Assembly: GCA_951406725.2 (NCBI GenBank)
Contig: OX597833.1
Span: 69,192,001 to 69,256,000, forward strand
Origin: Octopus vulgaris
Lineage: Eukaryota
Direction of reading: 5' to 3'
Length of the DNA stretch: 64,000 nucleotides
Shown here: one piece after another, positions 12,601 through 24,810 of the stretch
Layout: each line of letters starts with the position of its first letter
How positions within the stretch are numbered: the first letter of the stretch is position 1
Notes under the pieces: model-generated
The model's input: the letters and a program-made list of their open reading frames with translations, nothing else
What the model was told of the DNA's origin: nothing
Database searches by the model: none
Made by a program: the position numbers and the translations under genes

Positions 12601-13739
12601 AACACTACAAAATATACTAAGTAAAACAGTTAATTACTGTATCTCAACTCTATTCATTTTTAAAAACTTGTTTCAAAGACACAGCGGAAAGAAAGCCAGA
12701 ACTGACGTCATTAATTTCATGCTTTTAAAGAATAAAGAATTCTATTATTATTTATTAGTAATATTTCAGCATCTGATAACTATAGAATTAGCAAGGAAAT
12801 AATTCAGACATACTAAAGTTTTAATTTAAACTAATTTTGTCTTCTTTCATAACTAAGAAGATGAGGTACTCTAAACACTCAATACAGCTGGTGAGTATAT
12901 TACAATGAACACGTTTTTTGAAAGTCATAGCAGGCGTTTCTAAATAAAACCTTTAATCTTAAATTGGTTGCTTTTATGTCATTGAATCGTGGTTTACTGC
13001 GCACACGGCCAATTCAAACGATTAATTAGAAATGCAATATTAAACAAACATTAATGTAGTTTTTTGTTTTTAATATATTTTATCCACCGTAATATAAACA
13101 GATACAATTTTAATATAATCACAAATATCTTCTTTAGGCGAACGAAATATTGTTTTAAATCATTGCATTTGATCTGCAATTTTCGATGCATTTTTTTTTA
13201 TTCTTTCTAAGAAGAAAATAATTATTCCCGTGTATTAACATGAAATATTCACTACATTGTATAGGCGTTCGAACATTAAAAAAAAAACTTGTTCCTGGTT
13301 TTTATGTTAATGGCAATTTTGTATTATTTGTAGCTAGGTTTGATGTCTCTGTTTATTAATTTTAAGCAACGCTTTGGGGGGTTGAAAGGAAAGCATTCTT
13401 TGACGGTGTTCAGATAATTTTGCTTTACAAATCTTTCCTCCGTATAATAAGGAAGTATTCGACGAATATCTAAGTTGCTGTCGTCAATCATTTTCATTTG
13501 AATAGATTTACTTTATGGAAGCATTGATGGATATTAAAGCAGGAATTATATTTTATATACACCAGAATTTCCATTATAATTAATAGAGAGAAGGACGCTT
13601 ATCGGATTCGGGAGCACAATGGGGGCGTATATCAGGTGATCATTTTCTTCACAAATTATTCGTCAATGTTAGTGCCGAAGGCAAAGTGAAATGGTTCAAT
13701 ACAAGAGATTGGAAGTAGGGCCCAGATTTTCGAGGAAAT

Positions 13740-13905
13740 TTACTTTTTGCTCAATGCCCTGAGTTTAGAAAACTCACTGCTTATTTTGCTTAGAATGATA
13801 GGAAGTTTCAGCTGCCCACATCCAGCAGACTAAGGTGACACCTGTTTACTGGTCGTGCTTCAAGAACTCTGAAAAATTTCTTGTAGTTCCAAGCAATGCA
13901 GACGG
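13740..13905 (-). mobile_element. Dong/R4-like 3' end fragment
   Basis: SALLGTTRNF.. resembles the 'ALLGTARILR' C-terminus. The same GTTCTTGAAGCA(C/T)GACCAG end occurs at 50090. Confidence 0.6.
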
Positions 13906-13976
13906 ATTTTTGTTGATTTGTTGTTCTTGTTGCTGTTATTGTCGTCGACATCATCGCTGTTGTTGTTGTTGTTGTT

Positions 13977-14680
13977 GTTATTATTATTATTTCCTTTTAT
14001 TGCAAGTTTTGTTGGCGCTCCTGGAATTTTGCATGCGTAGTGGGATTAGAACCTGTAGCCTGCGGTACCATGCTATTCATTCTTTTCAGCTATCTAATAC
14101 TTTCCTGATTATTCTGGCGTACAAAGGAGGTAAATCTTTTCTAACAATTCTACTGGGCACTCTATTCCAATTTCCTTTATATTCCTCTTGATGCCTTCTG
14201 ATACTGCTCCCAAGGACCCAACAATAATTGGCGCTATCTTCACCAATTTCATTTTCTATAGCCGGGCTATTTCGTACTTAAGAGGGTTATATCTATCTAA
14301 CCTTTCGCCTTCCTTCTTGACAATTCATGGGTCAAAGGGGCTTGGAACATCAACTATATAGCATATGTGATGACTCTTGACCACCACCACGAGGTCCGGT
14401 CTCTTATGTTCTAGAATCTAATTTGTTGGAATTGGGAAATCCCAGAGGATTTTGCTAATTTCGGACTGCCGCCATTCTCTGAGGTTTGTGCTCATACCAC
14501 GTCTTTCCCTTCTAGCTCCAAGTTTTCGCGCAGTTTCTAATTTAGCGCTTTCCCTATCTGATCGTGCCGCCACAACTTGTAGTGGTTTTCGGCAAACTCG
14601 AGGGCATTCACCCGTGCTATAGGGAATGGTTTCAGTCACTGTAATGCAGATACTGCCCAGCGGAAACAATTACTCATTCC
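13977..14680 (-). mobile_element. Dong/R4-like retrotransposon 3' part: CCHC knuckle, RLE domain and 3'UTR
   Basis: Frameshifted SIC..TETI...GECP / YKLWRHDQIGKAL / WYEHKP / KILWDFPI.TN.ILEHKRPDLVVV...CYIVDVPSPFD...KKEGERLDRYNPLKYEIARL...PIIVGSLG, ending in (AAT)n. Confidence 0.9.
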
Positions 14681-14719
14681 TAAGGTTGACCCTCCAGTTC
14701 GTGACCAAAGGTTCGTCTT

Positions 14720-14945
14720 GCGCTATCTTTTGTTATCTTCTGTAGTTCACGAAGATTGGAGTTAACAGGGAGATGCTTAATAGACTTCTCAGTTCCCTTC
14801 TTTATCATTCTCGACGCACCAATTACTACTGGTATTATCGTAGTACTAGACATCCACATTTTCGTGATTTCAATTTGCAGATCTTTATAGTGAGAATACT
14901 TTTCGAATTCCTCTCTTGAGACATTTTGATCTTGTGGGACAGATA
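14720..14945 (-). mobile_element. Dong/R4-like RLE fragment (different subfamily)
   Basis: SVPQDQNVSREEFEKYSHYKDLQIEITKMWM..IIPVVIGASRMIKKG...LRELQKIT. Confidence 0.85.
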
Positions 14946-14966
14946 ATATTATTATTATCGTTATTA

Positions 14967-15021
<55 letters not shown>

Positions 15022-15104
15022 CATCATCATCATCATCATAACCATCATCATCATCAACATCATCAACATTATTATCATCATCATCATTATTATTTTCTCA
15101 TTAT

Positions 15105-15307
15105 CACAACTTTTTTTTGAGCTCCTGGAGTCTTGCATGCGTAGCGGTGGGCTTACTACCTGCAGCCTACGGTACCATGCTATTCGTTCTTTTCAGTTAT
15201 CTTATACTTTCCTAATTATTTTGGACGTGCCAAGGATGTAAACCTTTTGTAATAATTCTACTGGGCACTCTGTTCTAACTTCTTTAATATTCCTCTTGAT
15301 GCCTTCA
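15105..15307 (-). mobile_element. Dong/R4-like 3' end, second copy of about 14010-14200
   Basis: Directly similar to 14013-14197 and flanked by (TAT)n/(CAT)n. Confidence 0.85.
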
Positions 15308-15334
15308 TATATTATTATTTTATATTTATTTTCT

Positions 15335-15545
15335 TAGGCAGATAACAAACAGCATAATTACCTTACCGAATAAAATGCTTAGCGACATTTTTACCGGATT
15401 TATGTTCAGAATTCAAGTGCCACTGATGTCCACGTTGCTTTTATCCTTATGTTGCTGATACAACTCTCACCAGTCGAGCCCTGGTGTCGCTGTATTTGAC
15501 TGTGCCCTCCCCACAACATTTCAGGCCTTGTACCTATGGCAGAGA
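15335..15545 (+). mobile_element. SINE family B, old degenerate copy
   Basis: AAATGCTTAGCGACATTT...GTTCAGAATTCAAG...TTTCAGGCCTTGTACCTA. Confidence 0.55.
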
Positions 15546-16510
15546 ATATAATTATTATCACTATTCATGTTTTTAATGTAGCAACCTGGTAGACAGCTCA
15601 AGAGTCACGATTCCACTCAAACTGATGGACCAAAATGAGCAGCATCTTCTTTAAGTGCGTGTGTTGTTCATAACCGCCTTATCGAGAATCCGCCAGAGAT
15701 GACGTTTAACCTATTCCCACTATACCAAGATTACTGTGCGTCAGGGTTAACTAAAAAAAGATCGTCATCAATACGAGTAATATTTCGATTTATTCAAATT
15801 GATGTTTACCAAAAAATGGTTTCTGTTTCAGTATTTTATATATTCACGTCGCGAACTTCAAAAAGATGATACCTATGAATAAGTAATTAATATAGATTAT
15901 GCATATCAATATTTCAATTGCATTGTTATCTGAGAGCCATGTATATGTATGCCCATAAGGACGATAAGATATTTTTCTCAAAGAATTTAATTATAACACA
16001 GTCTAGCATTCCAATACTATTTTTACTGTGAAGTATTTTCCCCGAGATATCCAGCTGTGTAGTTTGTAACATATGTGTATATAGATACATATATTCATGA
16101 ACCCACACACACGCGCGCACACACAAAAGTACACACAAACACACACATACATATACATGGTATAGCACTTAAAAAACATTTCGGAATATTGTTTGATCGT
16201 GTAGCATTCACTTCTACTTTCATTGTTGGAGCTCTTATAAATTAATAAATTAATAAATTAATAAGGCACCAGACATTGCCGGGTGTTTAATAATTCTTCC
16301 TTCACACCAGTAGGTTTTCGGGTTTGATGTAACTATGGAGTATTTAACACAGTTATTTGTTATTGAAGCCTCAGGTTATCACACGCCTTTTTTACTGGAA
16401 CTTTTGTGGCCGAAACTGTGCTGACGTCCGTCTTGTACTTATGTATATATATGTACGTGTGCCTCTATCCGGTAATGTTTAGTGGTGTAAATATTGCTAT
16501 GGTGTCAAAG

Positions 16511-16890
16511 AAACGGGCGAAATGCTTAGCAGTATTTCGTCTGTCGCTACGTTCTGAGTTCAAATTCCGCCGAGGTCGACTTTACCTTTCGGGGATCTAT
16601 TAAATAATACCAGTTTCGCAATGGGGTCGATATAATCGACTTAATCCGTTTGTCTATCCTTGTTTTTCCCCTCTGTATTTATCCCCTTGTGGGTAGTAAA
16701 GAAATAGGTATTTCGTCTGTCGTTACGTTCTGAGTTCAAATTCCGCCGAGGTCGACTTTGCCTTTCAGCCTTTCGGGGTCGATAGATAAAGTACCAGTTT
16801 CGCACTGGGGTCGATGTAATCGACTTAATCCCTTTGTCTGTCTTTGTTTGTCTCCTCTATGTTTAGCCCCTCGTGGGCAATAAAGAAATA
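16511..16890 (+). mobile_element. SINE family B tandem dimer, 5'-truncated, with TSD
   Basis: Two units join at TAAAGAAATA|GGTATTTCGTCTG. The direct repeat TATGGTGTCAAAGAAA flanks it at 16498-16513 and 16891-16906. Confidence 0.92.
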
Positions 16891-19391
16891 TATGGTGTCA
16901 AAGAAAAGCATAACTGGGTAGTTTGACAAAAAATAAAATCGACAAATTTAGTTGGTGAGGCGTTAACATTGATTAAAAATTCTGAAGCTATTACTTCCAA
17001 ATAGACCAAGTGAATCTTGCAAAAGAATGAATTTTTACACAAGCATAAGAGCAGAAACCCTGTTGTTTGTGAAGTGAAACACGAGATTAATTCGTCTCAA
17101 AAATTAGACAGGCACATATTTTACTGAGCTTCGAGAAAGATGGAATGTGAAGGCCATTGGAGAAAGTTTTGAACTAAGAGTCTTTAATTATGTTTACTAG
17201 ATATCGAAGATAATTTTATCTGACGCGCTAACGATTCAGTGAACTCACTGCAAGAAATTCCTCCGGTGCTTTAAACGCAACTTATTTTATCCGGCACTGT
17301 ACCGAATTTACCAATCTACTGCCCTGTCAGAGAGGAAAAGCAATGAAAATACTGTTTCAATATTGAACACTGGAGAAAGAAGTAAGCATTATTGGGTCAT
17401 TTAATTCTGCTGGCAAAATCTGTTTCATTTTTATCAGAGGTCACTATCAAAGCAATGCATCAAGATTTAATCAGTTTCGTGCAAGGCAAGTCAATAAATA
17501 AATACAATAATGTAAGGTTTCTTTTTTTTCATTTCTCCCGTAAATTTGTAAGGCACATGTTCCCTCAATCAAACAACTCAATATTGATTTTATTAATAAA
17601 GGAATTCTTCCTCACTTTTCTATTTTCTTTTTTCTTTTTAGCTTTCAGGCATGCTTTTCATTTCTGAATATTGACTTTACTAATCTGTCTTAAGGTTTTC
17701 TATCTAATTTTGCACACAAAAATAACAAATATATTAAATTATTAAAAAAAATATATCTCTAGAAAATGGCCGCTGTGATAATTGGAGATTTCAAGTCTAC
17801 ATGTATCTTGTCTGCGCTCACAGTTTCATACTTCACAAATAATACGTGTAACACTAACCAATGCCAAACTGAGTGATTCGTGGAAACAGCCATACTACAA
17901 TCCATCAAAGTAGATTTAATTGTACTTTTATGTAAATTAATACGAGTACGCTCATGCGTTCGCTATTTTCATGCAGCGGCTTTAATCCGCAACATTTTCT
18001 CTCATTTCCTAGTTTGTAGTTCTATAAAATAAATGAGGTAATTTGAATATATATCATCAGGATAATAAAGATATCATCAGGATTATTCAGGATTAGGTCG
18101 TTGCGATGACTTGATCGATCACTTGTTTCTATGACTTCATCTATACAACTATCCTGATATTATGGATGTTACTTTATATCTCCTATTATTTACATAAAAT
18201 AGTTAAAGTCGGTCTTATTTCGAATGTCATAGAGATAGTTGTTTAAAAAAAAAAACAGCAATTCACCAGGAGTAACAGTAATTATGCATCGCTGATGAGG
18301 TTTACTTATCAGCATTATTTCCCCAACATAGCATGGCAGTTCTGGTTTAGGACGAATGTTACTGTAATTTGGGTTTAGGACGGATGAATATTTCTGTAAT
18401 TCTGTAATAAATAAGACGAATGGTTCTGTATAGCCAGCTGGAAACATCGTCTCCAGCTAGCTATACGTCACGATCTCTCTCCATATATTTTCGAACAAGG
18501 GAATGCAGCACCCCCACTCAGCTCAGAACCATATCTGTGTATTGCTATTTTCAGGTTATGATAAAATATAAATGAATTCCTAATCCTTTTAATTCTTTCT
18601 TCGAGCAGGATTTATCCAACAAAAATTCACGATAGGAAACTCTAAATTTATTCAAGACATATTACTTTTATATCTGCATATGAATATCAGAAAAACCTTT
18701 TAGCATTCATCGTAGATTACAAAATGAAATGCTAATTGCGAAACGGATGCTCATATGCGCGGGAATAACCTCTGGCAAAGTAAATTGTAATTACTGCACT
18801 CTTTTTGTTTCTCTTCAATTGTGAGAGATGGATTTAAATTACACCGCTTGAAATTAACAGGTAATTTTCTTCAGCGTTTGTCAGCCAATAAATACGTCAG
18901 TAATTCCCTTTCAACGCTTTTATGACCTTTCGACATGAAACTCTGTTGAAGAGGGTTTCAAATTCATTCAGCTTTGAGTCTTTCACTCGTGACGGAATTT
19001 CTTTTCACAAATATATGCCAGATTCCATAGCTCTTATAACGGAAATATATAACAGTATTGGTTAAAAGCTGCTATCAATTCAACCACGTTTAGTTCTTTA
19101 AAGCGAAACTCAGTCTATCTGTAAATATTGTTGTTTAATCATCGATGTAAGACCATGATTGAGAGCAATGGGAAAAGAGTATGAACATCTAATTTTTTTT
19201 TTGCTTCATGTCACACAGCGCAGAATCAGACAAGGTGATATGAAACACTTTATTAATAAGGTAGTTTGTGACAATGATTTCAAGAAGATTTGTTTGGTAA
19301 CACTAGAGAGATTAAAACACACGTAGGAATGTCTTTGATGCTTTGCCAGTTTACATATGCGCACACACGTAGAATGCGTGTGTATGCATGA

Positions 19392-19430
<39 letters not shown>

Positions 19431-19492
19431 TGTATTCATAAATATATATGTATGTATCTACCTATATATATGTATATATATGTGTGTGTCTG

Positions 19493-19523
<31 letters not shown>

Positions 19524-19553
19524 GAAAAAAAGCAACAAGAATAGATCAATATA

Positions 19554-19637
19554 TCGGTACAATTGTTTCGTACGAAGACATCTTTAATAAGGCTAAAAAA
19601 TTGCAGTAAATATAGGTGACTCGTACTCATCAGCCGA
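19554..19637 (-). ncRNA. Type I hammerhead ribozyme motif with canonical core
   Basis: UCGG-CUGAUGA-GUACGA-(loop)-UCGUAC-GAAAC-AAUU-GUA-CCGA. Stem I is UCGG/CCGA, stem II is 6 bp, stem III is the palindrome ACAAUUGU, and the cleavage triplet is GUA. Confidence 0.75.
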
Positions 19638-20875
19638 AAAAACATCTGAGATTCCCAAACATCAAAGGGGGTGATGTTACACTCGTGAAACATCATGGAA
19701 AGTTCTATAAAAATGAGATTTAGATAACAAATTGGTTTCTAAAAGTTCTATTAGTATTACACAGTCATATATCAGGTTTTTAAAAAACCTCTTAGTTTTC
19801 CAGAAAGTGAAAATGGAAGTGAGGGTGTGAGTTTATCCATATTGAAGAAAGTTTGATTCCTGGAGACTGATGAGAGGTATCGTACTCACAGAATATGTGT
19901 TTGTCCATATATAGTTCATAGTATATAGTTCATGTGTGCTCGTGTGTGTACGTGTGTGTGACTGTGCGTGCTTGTGTGTGTCTGTTGTTTACATACCCAT
20001 CCTAATTCCTTTCTTGTTGTACTACATGTTTACATAAGTGTATTTTCTTTCTTTCCATTTCATGTGTCATTGCGTCATTTCCCGTAGTTTTGACCGTAAT
20101 TTCTACTAGAGAGAGAAGTCTATAAGCTGATATCTTGAAATCTTTATATATCGTGTGTGAATAAAATCCACACCAACACTTCCAAGCATCAATTTAATAT
20201 GAACTGTTATAAACCGCAACATAAGGGAAACAATGCTTTGATTTAGATGTGGTAATCTCGCACTAAAGTTAAATTTCTCTCGGAATCGAGAGCTTCAGAA
20301 TCACGAAGACAATTAAATACCTTAACGTTATCGCCACTCTCCATATTAATAACGGTATCATTACTGATTTTAATTACACTAATGCCATGGAATATAGTAA
20401 TGAAGTGGCAATCAATACATCAGTTCAGTGAAATCATGGTCGCCCATCTTCCTTTAAGATAATTAATTTCAAAGATTACGTCAAATGCTACATGGCAAAG
20501 GTCTTCTCTTCATATTTTAATCAAAAGGTAAAATTCTCCGATGTTTCACTTCAGTTTCTTTTATGCGGTTTTCGGATTTATCAAAATCAAAATATGTCTA
20601 GTGTGATATCTAAAGAATATTAGTGGCAGTCCATAATAACTCGTAAAACTTTTTGAAAAATTACTTTGTGCAATACAATAGGGCAGAGCGCTTTCACCTA
20701 ATTCGTTGTTTCTAGTTTACATTCTGTTATTTTGATTAAGAACCATGGAAATTAAAACCGATTGAATGCCACCAAGTACCTCCTAACCATTTATAATTTT
20801 AGGAAATAGATGAGTATTTTCATCACCGTAACTATCATACCGATTTCCACACTTGGGAAAAGTTAATTTTCTGGA

Positions 20876-20924
<49 letters not shown>

Positions 20925-21039
20925 GATGAATATCGTACTTAAGTTGAGGATCCAGAATTTAGTACGGTATTATCCATACAATTTCAAAGTAAGGTGATTA
21001 AAATCAAAATAAGCAACAAGGATATCCAGAGGTAATGCA

Positions 21040-21127
21040 GTACGATCGTTTCATGCAACTCCATTAAATTGATGTAATGTAATGATTGCATCGTTCAATT
21101 AAATGGAGTTGCATGAAACGATTGTAC
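21040..21127. repeat. Inverted repeat (33-bp arms) carrying hammerhead 3' halves
   Basis: Arm GTACGATCGTTTCATGCAACTCCATTAAATTGA and its reverse complement. Each arm reads outward GAAAC-GAU(C/U)-GUA. Confidence 0.75.
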
Positions 21128-21148
21128 GCTCATATAGAACAGAATCAG

Positions 21149-21326
<178 letters not shown>

Positions 21327-22074
21327 GTAGGAGAGAATCAAAAATATAAGAGATTGCAAGCCCCCGCAAAAAGTCATTAAATAACTAAAGGATTAAACTT
21401 AATCAAATGACAGACTATGTATGACTACCTGCTGCAAATAAGTCAAAACTCTTATTTAAATCGCCAAAATAAGCTTTGGCTGTTATTTCCAGCAGGTAGG
21501 CACACTTGGTATGTCCTTTGATTAATTTTGACATATACATATGATATGCATGTGCGTACGTATTCATATATGCATGAATATATGCAATTCAGTATTGCAG
21601 AACGGTAAAATAACAAGTCACACGCTTCCGCGAATGATGGTGCCACGTTATGAGTCTGTATATGAATAAGCACATCGTTATTTGACTTTGAGTATACGAA
21701 TTAATGTGTGTGTAAACGTGTTGCGTACACATTTTGACGCTATATATTAAATAGACATATAAAAATCACGTAAAATACTATGTTTTGCAATGAAAAGCAC
21801 ATATAAAACATATTTACTTCACATATCTTGGTAAATATTCGTATGATATTCCTAGTTATATTATCGAATATCGATTTTTTTTGTTCACCCGTTAGCAACA
21901 GAATATATTACAATTTCGAAAAAATGCATTATGTCCAGGTGATATATTTATTTGTAGTAATATATTGGATATATTGGATATATATGTATGTATGTGTATA
22001 TATATGCATATATATGCATATTCATATATATATACAAACACACGCACATACACACACGCACACACACACACATA

Positions 22075-22141
22075 TATATATATGTATGAATATATATAAA
22101 GGTGTACATATATATATATATTCATGCATATATACACAAAT

Positions 22142-22182
<41 letters not shown>

Positions 22183-22293
22183 CGCATATATATAAGGAGA
22201 GAGATTTAATAATATATCTATATATATATATATGTATATGAATATATATAAAGGTGTACATATATATATATATATTCATGCATATATACACAA

Positions 22294-22333
<40 letters not shown>

Positions 22334-22374
22334 ATATACGCATATATATAAGGAGAGAGATTTAATAATATATT

Positions 22375-22392
<18 letters not shown>
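22075..22392. repeat. Tandem duplication of a ~150-bp compound microsatellite unit
   Basis: GAATATATATAAAGGTGTACA...AAGGAGAGAGATTTAATAATA occurs twice. Confidence 0.9.
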
Positions 22393-22405
<13 letters not shown>

Positions 22406-23143
22406 GTGTGTGTGTAGACTCGTACACACACACATATAATTATATTTAGATATGTGTGTGTGTGGTTATTCGTACGCACAGAAAGAAATGTAAGCAGCAT
22501 ACATATGTCTATATACTTGTATGCGTATGTATATAATGTAAAATAGTAAAAGTATTTTCACTCTAATTAAAAACATATTCTAGTTTTAATTGACGTAGCA
22601 AAGATCCCTGTAGATATGTTTTAACGGAAAGAACATGATAATTAAATTTAATTGCACACCACCAGAAAATCATACTAATTTACAACTACACGCACACATA
22701 CACACACACACACACGTAGACTCAAGGATTACAAGTCCATCGCAATGAAAGAACGCTAATTCATGCCTTCTCCTAAACTTTGTATTGTACGCGCAACAGC
22801 AAATGATTTAAAGAAAATCTCTATAGATCGCAAACTTGTAGATTCACATAAATGTTCATAGTTATAACGTGACGAAAATTCTATGTAAAGAAAATTTTAC
22901 TATCATGAAATTAGCTTAGATTCGATATATAAAATCACGCTGTAGCTTTCAAACAGGTGCTACACATATAAATTCTATCTCATTGGCCCACTACGGTTCG
23001 CAATTATGAAGGAGGAATAGAAAATACACCAGGCAGGTAGTGTAGATAATACTGGAATAAAACCAAACTGTTCCAGTTTAATAAAAAGGAGAAGACTGTA
23101 CAGGTTTTGTACAACACCAGTGGTTTATTAATCATTGTTTATA

Positions 23144-23247
<104 letters not shown>

Positions 23248-23361
23248 TGCATGATTGTACTTGTGTATGTATGCATATATATATATATGCATGTATGTAT
23301 GTATGTATATATATATATATGTGTGTGTATGTATGTATATATATATATATATGTATGTATG

Positions 23362-23405
<44 letters not shown>

Positions 23406-23419
23406 ATATGTGGCAATTA

Positions 23420-23555
23420 GTTGGTTGTCATAATAAAACTTAGAGTTTTGGATACCGGGACTGGATCCTGCTCCGGCATCTATCCTGATGAGATGTGGGA
23501 ACAGACTTCACCCCCAATATCCGAAACTCTGAATTTCATTATGATAACCAAAGAA
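23420..23555. mobile_element. Penelope-like pLTR remnant with degenerate hammerhead and partial inverted copy
   Basis: Plus strand CUGAUGA-GAUGUGGG...CCCAAUAUC-CGAAACUCUG. The 23420-23455 segment is an inverted copy of the 3' half. Confidence 0.5.
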
Positions 23556-23645
23556 ATGTCACATATTATATCTATAAATAAATTCCTCTATTTTTCATAA
23601 TATTGAGGTCTCGTTCAATCTTTTGTTATCATATTTTTATTATTA

Positions 23646-23699
<54 letters not shown>

Positions 23700-24138
23700 A
23701 TACGTATGTATGTATGTATATATCAGTTACGACGAAGCTTGTATACCGATGCCCGTGGGAGTTGACACTCGCAACGGATGACCCACAAACACGCAATAAA
23801 TAACGTTTTATAGACATAGGCAATGCCGTTGCTGGGCACTTTTCAACAGTTACTCATATACGTCAGCGTTCCTTAGCACAATACGAATATCGCTGTTGTC
23901 AGTTTTTTTTTGCTGTACACCTACGTTATAAAATATACGCAGATTGCAAATCAAAACTCCTTCCGTTTATATGGCAGAACAAATGTGTGGGAGAAATACA
24001 GAAAAAAACAAAACAAACTGAAGTGCCCATCAAGTAACAGAAAGTTCTTTAATTTGGGAGTCTTTTAACTTCCATCATTTCTCAGCAATTCACTGGTTTC
24101 ATTCCATAGTCTTCCTTATTGAGTTGGCGTGAATAACT

Positions 24139-24170
<32 letters not shown>

Positions 24171-24171
24171 C

Positions 24172-24263
<92 letters not shown>

Positions 24264-24319
24264 GTGTGTGTGATTGTGTATAGAAGAATATATTAATAAA
24301 AGAATTCCAACCTTGTCTG

Positions 24320-24670
24320 ATTTTCAGTTTTATTTACAATCTTATAATGATATATTATAAGATAATATATTATATTGAATAAAATAAAATGAATAGTAGA
24401 ATGTTAAATATTCATTCTGATTGAACTAGTACTTTCATGCATTGAATTCTGCAATCTTCGGGTTCATGTAGTAGTGTTGACAGTCATGCTTCACAATTTT
24501 TGACTGTGACTGTCAACACTACTACATGACTGTCAACATACTACATGAACCCGAAGATTGTGAATTCAATGCTGTGTACTGTTCAATCAGAATATATATT
24601 TCATTTTATTTTATTCATTATAATATATTATCATATATATCTTATAAGATTGTAAATAAAACGTGAAAAT
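24320..24670. mobile_element. Palindromic Penelope-like pLTR remnant between (TA)n tracts
   Basis: Imperfect inverted arms of about 165 bp centred near 24497. Confidence 0.7.
24422..24466 (-). ncRNA. Minimal type I hammerhead-like motif (U4C core variant)
   Basis: UGAAC-CCGAAGA-UUGCA GAAUUCAA UGCAU-GAAAG-UA-CUA-GUUCA. Stem I is 5 bp, stem III is the palindrome AGUACU, and the triplet is CUA. Confidence 0.55.
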
Positions 24671-24755
24671 ATATATATATATATGTGTGTGTGTGTGTAT
24701 ATCTATATACGTAAGCACAATATTTATATATCACTATATACGTAAGCACAAACAC

Positions 24756-24810
<55 letters not shown>

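Noticed and set aside
12703-12710. TGACGTCA CRE-like site
   Set aside because: A single 8-mer is expected by chance in 64 kb and there is no promoter evidence.
16262-16282. TAAGGCAC miR-124-like seed
   Set aside because: The rest of the mature sequence and a precursor hairpin do not match. No conserved miRNA was recognised in the window.
18915-18980. Hairpin with CUGAAUGA/CGAAAG on the minus strand
   Set aside because: Core spacing is wrong and stem I does not pair.
19864-19895. CTGATGA-GAG...CTC as a hammerhead
   Set aside because: GAAA and stem III are absent.
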